From contig CAWEZH010000003.1 in the NCBI GenBank assembly GCA_963813535.1, positions 192,001-256,000 of the forward strand: a stretch of DNA of 64,000 nucleotides, written 5' to 3'. The position numbers were made by a program, and so were the translations under genes. This document shows, piece by piece, positions 25,500-35,989 of this stretch; position 1 is the stretch's first letter; each line of letters opens with the position of its first letter. The stretch is from an uncultured Chloroflexia bacterium (GTDB lineage Bacteria > Chloroflexota > Limnocylindria > Limnocylindrales > CSP1-4). The notes below the pieces were generated by a model. That model searched no databases, was not told where the DNA came from, and saw nothing but the letters and a program-made list of their open reading frames with translations.

Positions 25500-27682
25500 G
25501 AGACGGGTCGATCGCCTCCGGCGCCCGCCGATCCGCCCGCCGCCTTGGCCCGCCGTGACTCGAGCTCGACGACCGTGTTCTGGGGATAGGCGATGCGCGT
25601 GTGGTACATGCCGAGGAGCTGCGCCACGAAGGCGTCCTTGATCCGCTCCAGGTCCCGGAAGGTCAGGTCGCACTCGTCGAACTGGCCGTCGGCGATGCGC
25701 TCGTCGATGATGCGCGACACCATCGCCCGGATCGAGGGCTCATCGCGGGAGACCAGCGAGCGGACCGACGCCTCGACGCTGTCGGCGAGCATGATCAGCG
25801 CCGCTTCCCGTGTCTGGGGCTTCGGGCCCGCGTGCCGGAATCTGCGCTCGTCGACCGCGGCGGCCGCCTTGGTCCCCTCGGACGTACCGAGGCCGCCGAA
25901 TGCCTCCGCAGCGCGCTCCCGAGCGCGGGCCAGGAAGTAGCTCATGACCGCCGTCCCGTGGTGCTGCGGGATGTACGCGATGAGGGCCTTGGGGAGGCGC
26001 GCCGCGTAGGCGATGTCGATGCCATCGGCGACGTGCTGCTTGACGATCTGCGCGCTCACCTCGGGCTCGAGCTCATCGTGGATGTTCTCGCCGCCCGCCT
26101 GGTTCTCGATGAACGCCAGCGGGTTCGAGAGCTTGCCGACGTCGTGGTAGTAGGCAGCGACCCGAGTGACGAGCGAGTCGGCCCCGATCGCTTCGGCCGC
26201 CCGCTCCGCGAGATTGCCGACCATCAACGAGTGGTGGTACGTGCCGGGCGTCTCGACCAACAGGCGGCGGAGCAACGGCTGCGACGGGTTCGCCAGCTCG
26301 AGCAATTGGAAGACGGTGAGGATGCCGAAGGCCGATCCGAGCACCGCGAAGGTGCCGACTGCCGCCACAGCGGAGCCGGCCGCGGACGCGCCTGAGGCGA
26401 ACCACAGCTCGAGGACCCCGCGGATATCTCGGGTGCCGAGCAGCGAGAAGACCGAGACCACGAGCGCATTGACGATGAACACGGCGATCGCGGCCTGCAC
26501 GAAGACCTGGAGCCGATCGCCCTTGCGGACGGTCAGGATGCCGGCAAGACCACCGAGGAAGATGTAGGTCGCGAACTCGAGCGACGAGCCTGCGAGTGCC
26601 CCGCCGACGATGGCGATGATGGCCATCACGATGGTCGCGACGGAGGCATCGAGCAGGATCACGAGGACCATTCCGATCGCGGCGGTCGGCAGGAAGTACC
26701 CGAGGAGCTCGCGACCGGCGGTCACCTTCAGGGCCACCGCCGTACCGACGAGCAGCAGTCCGATCAGCAGCAGCACGTTGCCGCGGTGCCAAAGGACCGG
26801 TCGGAACCGCCAGATCCAGGTCAACAGCATGGCGACCGTGAGGACCGCGAGCAGGAACCAGCCCCCGAACGTCGCGACGTCGAGTGGCGCGTCCACGCCG
26901 AGCCCGAGGGCCTCGATGACCTCGAGATCGGCGGCGGTCAGCGGCGTGCCGTTGCGCACGACCACCTCGCCCTGCGCGATCTCGACGCGGACCGGCTGGA
27001 CCTCCTCGGCCGCGCGGTCGCGGGCCTGATCGGTCAGGGTCTGATCGAACGACGAGTTCGGCACGAGCAGCGGCCGGATCAGCTCCCCGGCCAGCATCCG
27101 CTCCGCCTCGTCCAGGTCGCCACCCATGCGGCCGCTGATGGTCGCCCTGGCATCGGCGACCTGCGTGTCGCGGAGCTCGGTGCGCAGTGTCCCGTCGAGG
27201 ACCCGTGCGGCCTCGGTGCGGACGGCCGCCCAGCGGGGAGCGTCGATCGCCTGCAGCGTGGCCTGGGTTGTGTCGGTCAGACCGGGAATCGCCGTCTCGA
27301 GGAGTGCTGTCCGCTCTTCCGCGGTGAGATCCGTCGCGAAGGCGGTATCGACACGTCCCACTCGCTCGGTGAACGCCGTTGCCTGCTCGTTGGCGATGGC
27401 GATGGCATTCTCGGCGGTGAAGTCGAACTGGAACGGGACCGCCGCACGCGCCGTCGTCCGGGCCTCCTCGGTCAGGGTCTGGCTTTCGAACGAGAGCGCA
27501 CGCGGGGCGGTCAGGTCCTCGCGGACGACCTCGCCCAGTTCGTAGCGCACCGGATCCGATGGCAGCAGGTCGACCGACAGGATCGCCGTGATCACGATGA
27601 TCAGCGCCGAGGCGGCCACCGCCAGGCGGACGGCGTCGTTGCGGGTGAACCGCGCCAGGACGGGGGCGCGCTGGGTCAGCAT
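25496..27682 (-). CDS. 7TM-HD phosphohydrolase (PgpH-type, putative c-di-AMP phosphodiesterase)
   Basis: Extracellular domain, about 7 TMs, PGTYHHS, YYHDVGK, QHHGT, MLADSVEA; conserved position upstream of ybeY. Confidence 0.88.
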   Translation of the reverse strand: MLTQRAPVLARFTRNDAVRLAVAASALIIVITAILSVDLLPSDPVRYELGEVVREDLTAPRALSFESQTLTEEARTTARAAVPFQFDFTAENAIAIANEQATAFTERVGRVDTAFATDLTAEERTALLETAIPGLTDTTQATLQAIDAPRWAAVRTEAARVLDGTLRTELRDTQVADARATISGRMGGDLDEAERMLAGELIRPLLVPNSSFDQTLTDQARDRAAEEVQPVRVEIAQGEVVVRNGTPLTAADLEVIEALGLGVDAPLDVATFGGWFLLAVLTVAMLLTWIWRFRPVLWHRGNVLLLIGLLLVGTAVALKVTAGRELLGYFLPTAAIGMVLVILLDASVATIVMAIIAIVGGALAGSSLEFATYIFLGGLAGILTVRKGDRLQVFVQAAIAVFIVNALVVSVFSLLGTRDIRGVLELWFASGASAAGSAVAAVGTFAVLGSAFGILTVFQLLELANPSQPLLRRLLVETPGTYHHSLMVGNLAERAAEAIGADSLVTRVAAYYHDVGKLSNPLAFIENQAGGENIHDELEPEVSAQIVKQHVADGIDIAYAARLPKALIAYIPQHHGTAVMSYFLARARERAAEAFGGLGTSEGTKAAAAVDERRFRHAGPKPQTREAALIMLADSVEASVRSLVSRDEPSIRAMVSRIIDERIADGQFDECDLTFRDLERIKDAFVAQLLGMYHTRIAYPQNTVVELESRRAKAAGGSAGAGGDRPVS

Positions 27683-28161
27683 CAGTGGTCGCTCACGTCA
27701 TGAGCCGCGAGGTCGGCCTGGGCGAGCGCGCTCGCGACCCGCCCGCTGACGACCTTGCCGTCAGCCCGGCCGCGTGTCTTCGGGGCGAGCCAGCCCATGA
27801 CCTTGCCGAGGTCGCGTGCGCTCGTGGCACCCGTCGCGGCGACGGCCTCAGCGACCAGGCGGTCGATCTCGGCCTCGGACAGGGCCTGCGGCAGGTACTC
27901 GGCCAGGATGTCGATCTCGGACTGCTCCTTCGCGGCAAGGTCGGCCCGGCCACCCTTGGTGTACGCCTCGACCGACTCGCGGCGCGTCTTGACCTCCCGG
28001 GTCAGCACACCGAGGTACTCGTCGTCCGTCACCGGACGCTGCTCGCGCTTTTCGATCGCGTAGGCGGCATTGGCGGCCATGCGCAGGACATCGCGACGCA
28101 GGGCGTCACCGCCGCGCATCGCGGCGGTGATGTCGGACTGGATGCGTTCCTGAAGGGACAC
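27682..28161 (-). CDS. GatB/YqeY domain protein
   Basis: KTRRESVEAY..GGRADLA.KE..EI..L..YLP, DLGKVMG, GRADGK. Confidence 0.92.
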   Translation of the reverse strand: MSLQERIQSDITAAMRGGDALRRDVLRMAANAAYAIEKREQRPVTDDEYLGVLTREVKTRRESVEAYTKGGRADLAAKEQSEIDILAEYLPQALSEAEIDRLVAEAVAATGATSARDLGKVMGWLAPKTRGRADGKVVSGRVASALAQADLAAHDVSDH

Positions 28162-28235
28162 CGGTCTGGCTTACCTCGGGCGGTCGTGCGAGACGCCCGT
28201 GGGGTCGCAGGCTGTCGGCGGCGGTGCGGTCCCGC

Positions 28236-28421
28236 TCAGCCGGCCTGCGTTCGGGCGTTCTTCTTGCGCTTTGCTTCCTTGCGCTTGCGCTTCACGGAGG
28301 GCTTCTCGTAGTGCTCGCGTCGGCGAGCCTCGGCGAGGATGCCGCTCTGCTGGATCTTCTTGTTGAAGCGACGCAGGGCGCTCTCGAACGTCTCGTTCTC
28401 CCCTACTCGGACTTCAGCCAA
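28236..28421 (-). CDS. rpsU: 30S ribosomal protein S21
   Basis: TTG start after GAAGGAGGTG; [13 protein letters not shown]...[18 protein letters not shown]. Confidence 0.95.
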   Translation of the reverse strand: MAEVRVGENETFESALRRFNKKIQQSGILAEARRREHYEKPSVKRKRKEAKRKKNARTQAG

Positions 28422-28631
28422 TCGGTGTTCACCTCCTTCGACCAGGGTCTCGTGTGCGGCGTCCTGATGCGCGGCCGACCGATCGGAACGCGGGCTCGAG
28501 CGGCCAGGGCCGCAGAGCCGCCGGAGTCTACCCGAGGGGTCCGGGGTGGTCAAACGGTCCAGAACGCCCTCGACGGAGCGTCGTACGATGCGGCGACCCG
28601 TCACGTCGCAGCACCCCAACGGAAGTCGGCG

Positions 28632-30239
28632 ATGCCCGGAACGCTGCTCGATCTGCTCGATTCCGCCGTGACCCGCTATGGCGAGCGGCCGGCACTGGGC
28701 GTGCGCCACGACGACGGGTCGACGACGACCTGGAGCTACCGCGATCTCGACCGTCGGGCCCGCATCGCGGCATGGCGGCTACGGGCGCTGGACCTCGAAC
28801 CGGGCGACCGGGTCTTGACGTGGAGCCCGTCGACGCCCGAGTTGCCGGCGGCTTACTACGGCGCGATGCACGCTCGACTTGTGCTGGTCCCCCTGGACCT
28901 GCGGATGTCACCGGACGCGGTCGAGATGATCGTGCGAGCGTCGGGAGCCCGGCACCTGATCCTGGGCACTGGCCGAGATGCACCCGATCCGCGCGAGGCC
29001 GGCCTCGCGGACTTCCCGACCACGAGCGTCGACGCGCTGGCCGCCGAGCCCGCCGACGGCGACCCAGCGTTCCCGCCCGACTGGGAGGCTCGCCAGGCGT
29101 CATGGGGTCGACCGGCCGCCGACGAGGTCTTCGAGCTGGTCTTCACCAGCGGGACCACCGGCACGCCGAAGGGCGTGATGCTGGCCCACGACAACGTCGT
29201 CGCGTCGATCGAGTCATTCCACCGGATCATCCCGCCGATGGACCATCGCATCGTGTCGCTGCTGCCGCTGTCCCACCTGCTCGAGCAGGCCGTCGGGCTG
29301 TACTACGCGCTCGACGTCGGGGCAGACGTGCTGTACGTCCGGAGTCGGAACCCGCGGGTGATCTTCGACGCGCTCCGCGACCACCGGGTGACGAGCATGA
29401 TCGTCGTCCCCCAGGTGCTGGACCTGTTCTGGAGCGCCATCGAGCGCGAGGTGGCGAAGCGTGGTCGGACCGGATCGTTCGAACGGCTCCGAGGCATCGC
29501 ACGACGGCTCCCGGTCTCGATCCGTCGTCTGCTGTTCCGCAGCGTCCACGCGCAACTCGGCGGGCACTTCCGGTTGTTCCTGTCGTCCGGGGCGTTCCTG
29601 CCGCCGGCGCTCCAACAGGCGTGGGAGGACATCGGCGTCACGGTGCTGCAGGGCTACGGGGCGACGGAGACCGGGACCGGCTCGTGCACCACGCTGGACG
29701 ACCACGGACTCGGGACGGTCGGGCGCGTCCCCGCGGGCATCGAGATGCGCCTCGCCCCCGACGGGGAGATCCAGTTCCGCGGTCGGACCGTCTTCAAGGG
29801 CTACTGGAACGCACCCGATCTGACGTCGCAGGCGTTCACCGATGACGGCTGGTATCGGACCGGCGACCTCGGGCGGTTCGATGCGGACGGACGTCTCATC
29901 CTGAGCGGTCGACTGAAGGACATGATCGTCCTGCCGAATGGATTCAACGTCTATCCGGAGGACATCGAGAACGCCTTGCGTATCGCCGGCGTCCGTGACG
30001 CGGTCGTCGTCGAGACCGATCCGGGGCGGATCGAGGCGGTCGTGCTGGCGCTCCAGGACGAAGAGCCGGCCGCGACCAAGACCCGCATCGACACGGCTGT
30101 CAAGGCCGCGAACACGACGCTCGGCTCGAACCAGCGGATCGCCGGCTGGCGGCTGTGGCCGGGCGAGGACTACCCGCGGACGCACACCCTCAAGATCAAG
30201 CGCGATCCGATCCGGCAGTGGGCCAAGGCGGGCGGCTGA
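28632..30239 (+). CDS. Long-chain acyl-CoA ligase-like AMP-binding protein
   Basis: [47 protein letters not shown]; start trimmed to MPGTLL. Confidence 0.9.
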   Translation: MPGTLLDLLDSAVTRYGERPALGVRHDDGSTTTWSYRDLDRRARIAAWRLRALDLEPGDRVLTWSPSTPELPAAYYGAMHARLVLVPLDLRMSPDAVEMIVRASGARHLILGTGRDAPDPREAGLADFPTTSVDALAAEPADGDPAFPPDWEARQASWGRPAADEVFELVFTSGTTGTPKGVMLAHDNVVASIESFHRIIPPMDHRIVSLLPLSHLLEQAVGLYYALDVGADVLYVRSRNPRVIFDALRDHRVTSMIVVPQVLDLFWSAIEREVAKRGRTGSFERLRGIARRLPVSIRRLLFRSVHAQLGGHFRLFLSSGAFLPPALQQAWEDIGVTVLQGYGATETGTGSCTTLDDHGLGTVGRVPAGIEMRLAPDGEIQFRGRTVFKGYWNAPDLTSQAFTDDGWYRTGDLGRFDADGRLILSGRLKDMIVLPNGFNVYPEDIENALRIAGVRDAVVVETDPGRIEAVVLALQDEEPAATKTRIDTAVKAANTTLGSNQRIAGWRLWPGEDYPRTHTLKIKRDPIRQWAKAGG

Positions 30240-30273
30240 CGGTCGGGCGCCCCCGGCAACGCCTAACGCGACC

Positions 30274-30813
30274 TCAGGACGGGACCGGCACCCCCGTGCC
30301 GAGCGTCTCGAGGGCCGTCTGGATGTCCGGCTGGAGCGGGTCCTCGGCCCCTTCGGGCACCCATGAGTACATGACGACGGTCGGCCCGACGAGACGGATG
30401 ATGTGGCGCGCTCCGAGCGCGGACTGGACCTTGGCCGGGCCGGTCGCGAGGTAGGCCGCCTGTGCGCTGGCGGCATCCGAGGCCGTCGTCGGATCGGGAA
30501 ACTCGTAGACGACGATGAAACCCTCCTGCGGCGCCTGCGGGAGGATCACTTGGTAGAGCGCCCGGGGCGTGGTCGTGAAGCGTGCGTCCTCGGGCGGGCG
30601 GAACGGCGCCTGCGAGTCCTGGAGGACGAGGTTCTTGGTGCCGAGGGCGCGGACGAGGTCGGCACGGGTCTGGGCGACCACCGGACCGGCAGTCCGAGTC
30701 GGGCCCAGGCTCGGTTGGAGCGGGCCGGGCGTGGGGACGGCGGCAGGATCACCCGGGGCGCACGCCGCGAGCAGGAGCGCCACGGCGACCGCCAGGATCA
30801 GCCGGGCGGCCAT
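30274..30813 (-). CDS. Hypothetical lipoprotein
   Basis: MAARLILAVAVALLLAAC lipobox; overlaps the HIT gene end. Confidence 0.7.
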   Translation of the reverse strand: MAARLILAVAVALLLAACAPGDPAAVPTPGPLQPSLGPTRTAGPVVAQTRADLVRALGTKNLVLQDSQAPFRPPEDARFTTTPRALYQVILPQAPQEGFIVVYEFPDPTTASDAASAQAAYLATGPAKVQSALGARHIIRLVGPTVVMYSWVPEGAEDPLQPDIQTALETLGTGVPVPS

Positions 30814-31145
30814 TCGAACGCGCGGCCTCCCATGAGGTGGACATGCAGGTGGTCGACGGACTGGCCACCCCATCGCCCGACGTTCGACACGAGCCGATAG
30901 CCCGACTCGGCGATCCCCTCGGAGCGGGCGAGGTCCGCGGCGACGGCGAAGATGTGGCCGACCATCGAGCTGTCCTCGTCGGTGAGGTCGAGCGCCGACG
31001 CGACGTGGCGCTTCGGCATCAGCAGGATGTGCGTCGGGGCGCGCGGGGCGATGTCGCGGATACCGAGGACGAGGTCGTCCTCGTGCACCTTGGCCGATGG
31101 GAGCTCACCCGCGACGATCCGGCAGAACAGGCAGTCGGTGGCCAT
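30798..31145 (-). CDS. HIT family (HinT-like) nucleotide-binding protein
   Basis: DCLFCRI, GQSVDHLHVHLMGG, WPPG end. Confidence 0.95.
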   Translation of the reverse strand: MATDCLFCRIVAGELPSAKVHEDDLVLGIRDIAPRAPTHILLMPKRHVASALDLTDEDSSMVGHIFAVAADLARSEGIAESGYRLVSNVGRWGGQSVDHLHVHLMGGRAFEWPPG

Positions 31146-31603
31146 CAGAGGCTCGGCTTGGTGCTCATCAGGAACCCGATGACACCGACGAGGCCGGCCA
31201 TCAGGTACGACATGTAGCGCTGGCGCTTCGCGCGCTCGAGCCAGACCTGGTCATCGGGGGCGGCCTTGATCCCGATGAGCCGGCGCAGGTTCGGACGCTG
31301 GATGAAGAACGCCAGCCCGAGGTTCACGGCGTAGATCGCCAACGCGACGAGCAGCCACGGCTGCTGCAGGAGCGACGGTCCCAGTGCCAGCACCAGGCCG
31401 ATGCCGGTGATCGCCAGGCCCGCGCCGATGATCATCGTGCCGTGCGACTGGCCCCACAGCAGCGTCCGGACGACCCCACTCTCGGAGTCGACCGCCGCTC
31501 TCCGCGTCCGCAGGGCGAACGGCAGCAGGATCGACGGCAGGAACAGCCCGATCGCCAGCGCGATGTGCGTCACGAGCAGCACCGGGACGAGGGTGGTCGG
31601 CAT
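31145..31603 (-). CDS. 4-TM membrane protein (DUF2269-like)
   Basis: LVTHI..., ITGIGL, QPWL, FLMSTKP C-terminus; ATG 31603 follows a TACGAT -10. Confidence 0.65.
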   Translation of the reverse strand: MPTTLVPVLLVTHIALAIGLFLPSILLPFALRTRRAAVDSESGVVRTLLWGQSHGTMIIGAGLAITGIGLVLALGPSLLQQPWLLVALAIYAVNLGLAFFIQRPNLRRLIGIKAAPDDQVWLERAKRQRYMSYLMAGLVGVIGFLMSTKPSL

Positions 31604-31630
31604 CCGGCCGATCGTACCAGCGGCCATCGT

Positions 31631-32578
31631 TCAGGGCCGCCTCAGCTCCAGCGCCACCCAGTCACCCTCGTCAGAGCGGCCGGCCGCCTGCAGACCAGCG
31701 GCCAGGAACGCCGTCGACACCTCGGTCTCGCGGTCCGCGAAGATGCCGGACGCCAGGAGCGTCCCGCCCGACCGGAGCTCGTCGTAGAGGAGGGGCGCAA
31801 GCGGGATCAGGACACCGGCGACGAGGTTGGCCAGGACCACGTCGAACGACCCGGGATCCGCCGGCAGCGACCCCTCGCGTGCGTGGAGGCGCCGGACAAG
31901 CCGGTTCCGCCGGGCGTTCGCCGTCGTCGATGCGACGGCGATCGGGTCGGTATCCACGCCGACGGCCGACCCCGCACCCAGCTTGAGCGCAGCGATCGAC
32001 AGGATCCCCGAGCCGCAGCCGACGTCGAGGACGCGAGCCCCGGAGAGCCGACCGTCGTCGGCCAGCGGCTCGAGCGCCGCGAGGCACAGCCGGGTCGTCG
32101 GGTGGAGACCGGTCCCGAACGCCATGCCCGGGTCGAGGGCGAGGACCACGTCGGCCGGACCAGCCCGGTGGCGACGCCAGGTCGGCCGGATGACCAGCCG
32201 GCGGCCGATGCGCATGACCGGGAAATAGGCCTTCCACGCCTCGGCCCAGTCGGCCTCCCGGACGACACGGGTCTGGACCTCGCCGATCTGCCGCAGCCCG
32301 AATGCCTGCAGGTGGCCGAGAGCGTCGGCGACCTCCGCCGCCGCCTGCGCGGCAGCCCTGGCCGCGGACGGATCCCCCGCCGGCACGTACCCGCGGACCA
32401 CAGCCGGCCGGTTCGGGTCGACCCGTACGCCGAGCCCCTCGTCGACGAGGTCGAAGCCCGGCTCGACCGTGGTCCCGCCGCTGGCGACCCGGCCGAGGAT
32501 CTCGCTGACCGCCTCGACCGCCTCCGGGTCGGCCTCGACGGACAATTCCAGCCACGCGCCGTCGGCCGCCGGCGTCAC
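31631..32578 (-). CDS. prmA: Ribosomal protein L11 methyltransferase
   Basis: DWAEAWK, LDPGMAFGTGLHPTT, VLDVGCGSGILSI; GTG overlaps the dnaJ stop. Confidence 0.95.
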   Translation of the reverse strand: MTPAADGAWLELSVEADPEAVEAVSEILGRVASGGTTVEPGFDLVDEGLGVRVDPNRPAVVRGYVPAGDPSAARAAAQAAAEVADALGHLQAFGLRQIGEVQTRVVREADWAEAWKAYFPVMRIGRRLVIRPTWRRHRAGPADVVLALDPGMAFGTGLHPTTRLCLAALEPLADDGRLSGARVLDVGCGSGILSIAALKLGAGSAVGVDTDPIAVASTTANARRNRLVRRLHAREGSLPADPGSFDVVLANLVAGVLIPLAPLLYDELRSGGTLLASGIFADRETEVSTAFLAAGLQAAGRSDEGDWVALELRRP

Positions 32579-33690
32579 CCCAGGCCGAGCTTGTCGAGGA
32601 TGCCGCCGCTCGGCGCCGAGACGGTCTCGCCGGACTCCTTGGCAAATGCCTCGAGCAACTCGCGCTGCTTCTTCGACAGCTTCTTGGGCACCTCGACGTC
32701 GACCAGGACATGCAGGTCGCCACGCGACCCGCTGCGACGCAGGTGGGGCACGCCCTTGCCCCGCAACCGGATGGCCGTGTCGGGCTGCGTGCCGGGTTTG
32801 ATCTCGACCTCCTCCTCGCCCTCGACCGTCGGTACGGTGATCGTCGTCCCGAGCGCGGCCTGGGCGATCGAGATGCGCGCCTCGTAGTAGAGCTCGGTGC
32901 CATCCCGCCGCAGCGTCGGGTGGGGCGCGACGTGGACCGCCACGTACAGCGAGCCGGGCGGACCCCCGCGCGGTCCGACCTCGCCCTCGTTGGTCAGCCG
33001 GATCTGGTGACCCTCGTCGATGCCGGCCGGGATCGTCACGCGGAGAGTTCGCTTGCCCTCGACGCGGCCCTCGCCGCGGCATGTCGGGCATGGATCCTCG
33101 ACGATCTTCCCTTCGCCCCGGCAGCGCGGACAGGCGCTGACGTTGACCATCTGGCCGAGCATCGTCTGGCGCACGCTGCGGACCTCGCCGCGGCCCTCGC
33201 ACTGCGGGCAGGTGATCGGTTCGCTACCAGGCGCGGCCCCGGTCCCGGAGCACGTCTCGCACCGGGCGAGCGATCGGAAGTCGATCTCCTTCTCCGTGCC
33301 CTTGACCGCTTCCTCGAACGTGATCCGCAGGTCATAGCGGAGGTCCGAGCCCGGGAGCGGGCGAGCGCGCCTGGTCGACCCCGTGGCCGACCCCCCGAAG
33401 AAGGCATCGAAGATGTCGCTGAACCCGCCGAACCCTTCGAAGCCCGCCCCGGCGGCACCGCCATCGACGCCCGCTTGCCCGAACATGTCGTAGCGCTGCC
33501 GACGTTCGGGGTCGGACAGGATCTGGTAGGCCTCGCTGGCTTCCTTGAATCGCGCCGGCGCCTCGGGATCCTTGTTGACGTCGGGGTGCCACTGCTGCGC
33601 GAGCTTGCGATAGGCGCGCTTGATCTCAGCGTCACTCGCTTCGCGCGGGACGCCGAGGACCTCGTACAGATCGCGCTCGGTGGTGGCCAT
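32575..33690 (-). CDS. dnaJ: Chaperone DnaJ
   Basis: J-domain HPD, G/F region, four CxxCxGxG repeats. Confidence 0.97.
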   Translation of the reverse strand: MATTERDLYEVLGVPREASDAEIKRAYRKLAQQWHPDVNKDPEAPARFKEASEAYQILSDPERRQRYDMFGQAGVDGGAAGAGFEGFGGFSDIFDAFFGGSATGSTRRARPLPGSDLRYDLRITFEEAVKGTEKEIDFRSLARCETCSGTGAAPGSEPITCPQCEGRGEVRSVRQTMLGQMVNVSACPRCRGEGKIVEDPCPTCRGEGRVEGKRTLRVTIPAGIDEGHQIRLTNEGEVGPRGGPPGSLYVAVHVAPHPTLRRDGTELYYEARISIAQAALGTTITVPTVEGEEEVEIKPGTQPDTAIRLRGKGVPHLRRSGSRGDLHVLVDVEVPKKLSKKQRELLEAFAKESGETVSAPSGGILDKLGLG

Positions 33691-33702
33691 CGAGCCGAAA
33701 GT

Positions 33703-34389
33703 CTACGAGAGGGCCATGGCTTTGGCCGCGGCGAGGACCTCGTCGATCATCCGCGGCGTCAGCTTGCCCGTGAACGTGTTCTGTTGGCTCGGGTGGTACG
33801 TGCCGATGAGCCGGCTCGGGCCGACCTCGACCATCGCCCCGTGTCCGAACCGCGGCTTGTGCGGCAGCCGGTGACCGTTCGACGCCAAAGCCCGAAGTGC
33901 GGCGTCCCAGCCGTAGGCGCCGAGCGCGACGAGGACGCGCACGTGGTGGAGGATCGCCAGCTCCCGGGCGAGGTACGGGGCGCATGCGTCGCGTTCCTCG
34001 GGCGTCGGCTTGTTGGCCGGCGGGGCACAGCGGACTGCCGCGGCGATGTACGCATCGGTGAGGGTCAGGCCGTCGTCGGCGCGGCGGGCGACCGGTCGGT
34101 CGGCGAGGCCGGCGCGGTGGAGGGCGGCGAACAGGAAGTCGCCCGAGGCGTCCCCGGTGAAGACCCGGCCGGTGCGATTGCCGCCGTGGGCCGCGGGTGC
34201 CAGCCCGACCAACAGGATCCGCGCGTCGGGGTCGCCGAAGCCTGGCACCGGCCGGCCCCAGTACGTCTCGTCGCGGAACCGGGCCACCTTCTCGCGTGCG
34301 ACCGCTTCGCGCCAGGCGACCAGCCGCGGGCAGCGACGGCAGACGACGACCTCCGCCGTGAGGGCCGCCAACGCGGCCCGATCGGTCAC
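33703..34389 (-). CDS. Uracil-DNA glycosylase family 5 (UdgB-like, Fe-S)
   Basis: CRRCPRL, GLAPAAHGGNRTGRVFTGD, RCAPPANKP, YHPSQQNT; GTG overlaps the permease stop. Confidence 0.9.
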   Translation of the reverse strand: MTDRAALAALTAEVVVCRRCPRLVAWREAVAREKVARFRDETYWGRPVPGFGDPDARILLVGLAPAAHGGNRTGRVFTGDASGDFLFAALHRAGLADRPVARRADDGLTLTDAYIAAAVRCAPPANKPTPEERDACAPYLARELAILHHVRVLVALGAYGWDAALRALASNGHRLPHKPRFGHGAMVEVGPSRLIGTYHPSQQNTFTGKLTPRMIDEVLAAAKAMALS

Positions 34390-35186
34390 GTCAGCAGCAG
34401 CTTGTCGAGCCGGCGCGAGACGACGAACAGACCGGCGAACCCGACGACCACGAGATACACGATGTGGACGAGCAGGATCGGCGAGATGGCCCCGATCGTC
34501 AGCGAGCGGATGAGGTCGACGCCCTGGTAGAGCGGCGTGAGCTGGACGATGAAGCGGAGCGGCTCCGGATAGGTCTCGATCGGATAGAACGTCGCCGAGA
34601 ACAGGAACAGCGGGAGGACGACCAGCTGGATCAGGTCGAAGTCCTGCCAGGTCTTCATGAACGACGTGGCGGCCATGCCGACCGCCCCGAAGGCGAACCC
34701 GACGAGCAGCGCAGCTGGGACGGCGAACACGACCCATGGCGACACGATGAGGCCCAGCAGGATCAGGACGACCATGAACCCGATCGAGTACAGCCCGCCG
34801 CGGATGAGCGCCCAGATCAACTCACCGACCGCGATGTCGCCGGCCGACAGGGGCGTGGCCAGGATGGCCGTGAATGTCTTGTTGTAGTGGAGCTTGAAGA
34901 AGAAGTTGAAGGTGCTCTCGTTGATCGCCCCGTTCATGGCGGCGGTCGCCAGGAGCGCCGGTGCGACGAACAGCTGGTACGGGATCGGTTCACCGCCGGG
35001 GCCCGGGACGGTACCGATGAGCGCCCCGAGCCCGAAGCCGATGCTGAGCAGGTAGAACAGCGGCTCGAAGAAGCCGGACAGCAGCACCAGCCACGTGTGG
35101 CTGTAGACGAAGATGTTGCGTTCGACCAGGCGCAGCGAGCGTCGACTGCCGATGAGCAGCGCCGAGGTCAGCGGCAGGGCGGTCAT
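34386..35186 (-). CDS. ABC-2 permease (NodJ-like)
   Basis: EPLFYL, FVAPALLA, PLFLFSATFYP, TPLYQGV. Confidence 0.85.
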   Translation of the reverse strand: MTALPLTSALLIGSRRSLRLVERNIFVYSHTWLVLLSGFFEPLFYLLSIGFGLGALIGTVPGPGGEPIPYQLFVAPALLATAAMNGAINESTFNFFFKLHYNKTFTAILATPLSAGDIAVGELIWALIRGGLYSIGFMVVLILLGLIVSPWVVFAVPAALLVGFAFGAVGMAATSFMKTWQDFDLIQLVVLPLFLFSATFYPIETYPEPLRFIVQLTPLYQGVDLIRSLTIGAISPILLVHIVYLVVVGFAGLFVVSRRLDKLLLT

Positions 35187-35989
35187 CCGCGGATCAGCTT
35201 CCCGCTGACCGTCCGGACCATGAACACGGCGCCGACGACGGCGAAGGCGATGAGGATGCCGAGGTGGACGGCGGCGAGCTCGATCGTCGGCTCGTCACCG
35301 ATGGTGCCCAGCGACAGCCCGCGGGCGAGGACGACACCGTGGTACAGCGGGGTGAGCCATGCGAGCGCCTGCAGGAACGGCGGCAGGGTGTCGATCGGGT
35401 AGAACGTCCCCGAGAAGAGGAAGAGGGGCATGATCCCGAACCGGAAGATCGCCGCGAAACGCTCGGGCGTGCGCTGGGTCGCGGCGAATGCGGCGATCGG
35501 CGTCGCGAACGCAAGGCCGGTCAGCGCCGCCACCGGGATGGCCAGCACGATGAGCGGCGACATGGCGGCGCCGAACAGGATGATCACGAGCGTGAACACG
35601 CCGGAGATCAGCAGCAGTCGCGCCGCGAACCACACGACGTTGCCGAGCGCGATGTCACGGCCGCTGATCGGGGTGGCGAACATCGCGTGGTAGACGCGGC
35701 TCCAGACGAGACCGGCCATGATCGGGAACGTCGCCTCGAACGAGGCCGCCTGCATGCACGTGGCGACCAGGAGCCCCGGGGCCAGGAACGCGATGTACGG
35801 CACGCCACCGAGGGCGGCGTCAGTGGACTGATCGACGTACCCGCCGAGGCCGAGCCCCATCGCGGCCAGGAACAGGACCGGGGTGAGGAACGAGCTGAAC
35901 AGGCTCGCCCTGAACGTCCGACGGTAGACGAGGAACCGGTGCTCGAAGACGCGCCCGATGCCGGGCGACGGACGGGCGACGGCGGCCAT
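35183..35989 (-). CDS. ABC-2 permease (NodJ-like)
   Basis: YIAFLAPGLL, PLFLFSGTFYP, TPLYHGV. Confidence 0.85.
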   Translation of the reverse strand: MAAVARPSPGIGRVFEHRFLVYRRTFRASLFSSFLTPVLFLAAMGLGLGGYVDQSTDAALGGVPYIAFLAPGLLVATCMQAASFEATFPIMAGLVWSRVYHAMFATPISGRDIALGNVVWFAARLLLISGVFTLVIILFGAAMSPLIVLAIPVAALTGLAFATPIAAFAATQRTPERFAAIFRFGIMPLFLFSGTFYPIDTLPPFLQALAWLTPLYHGVVLARGLSLGTIGDEPTIELAAVHLGILIAFAVVGAVFMVRTVSGKLIRG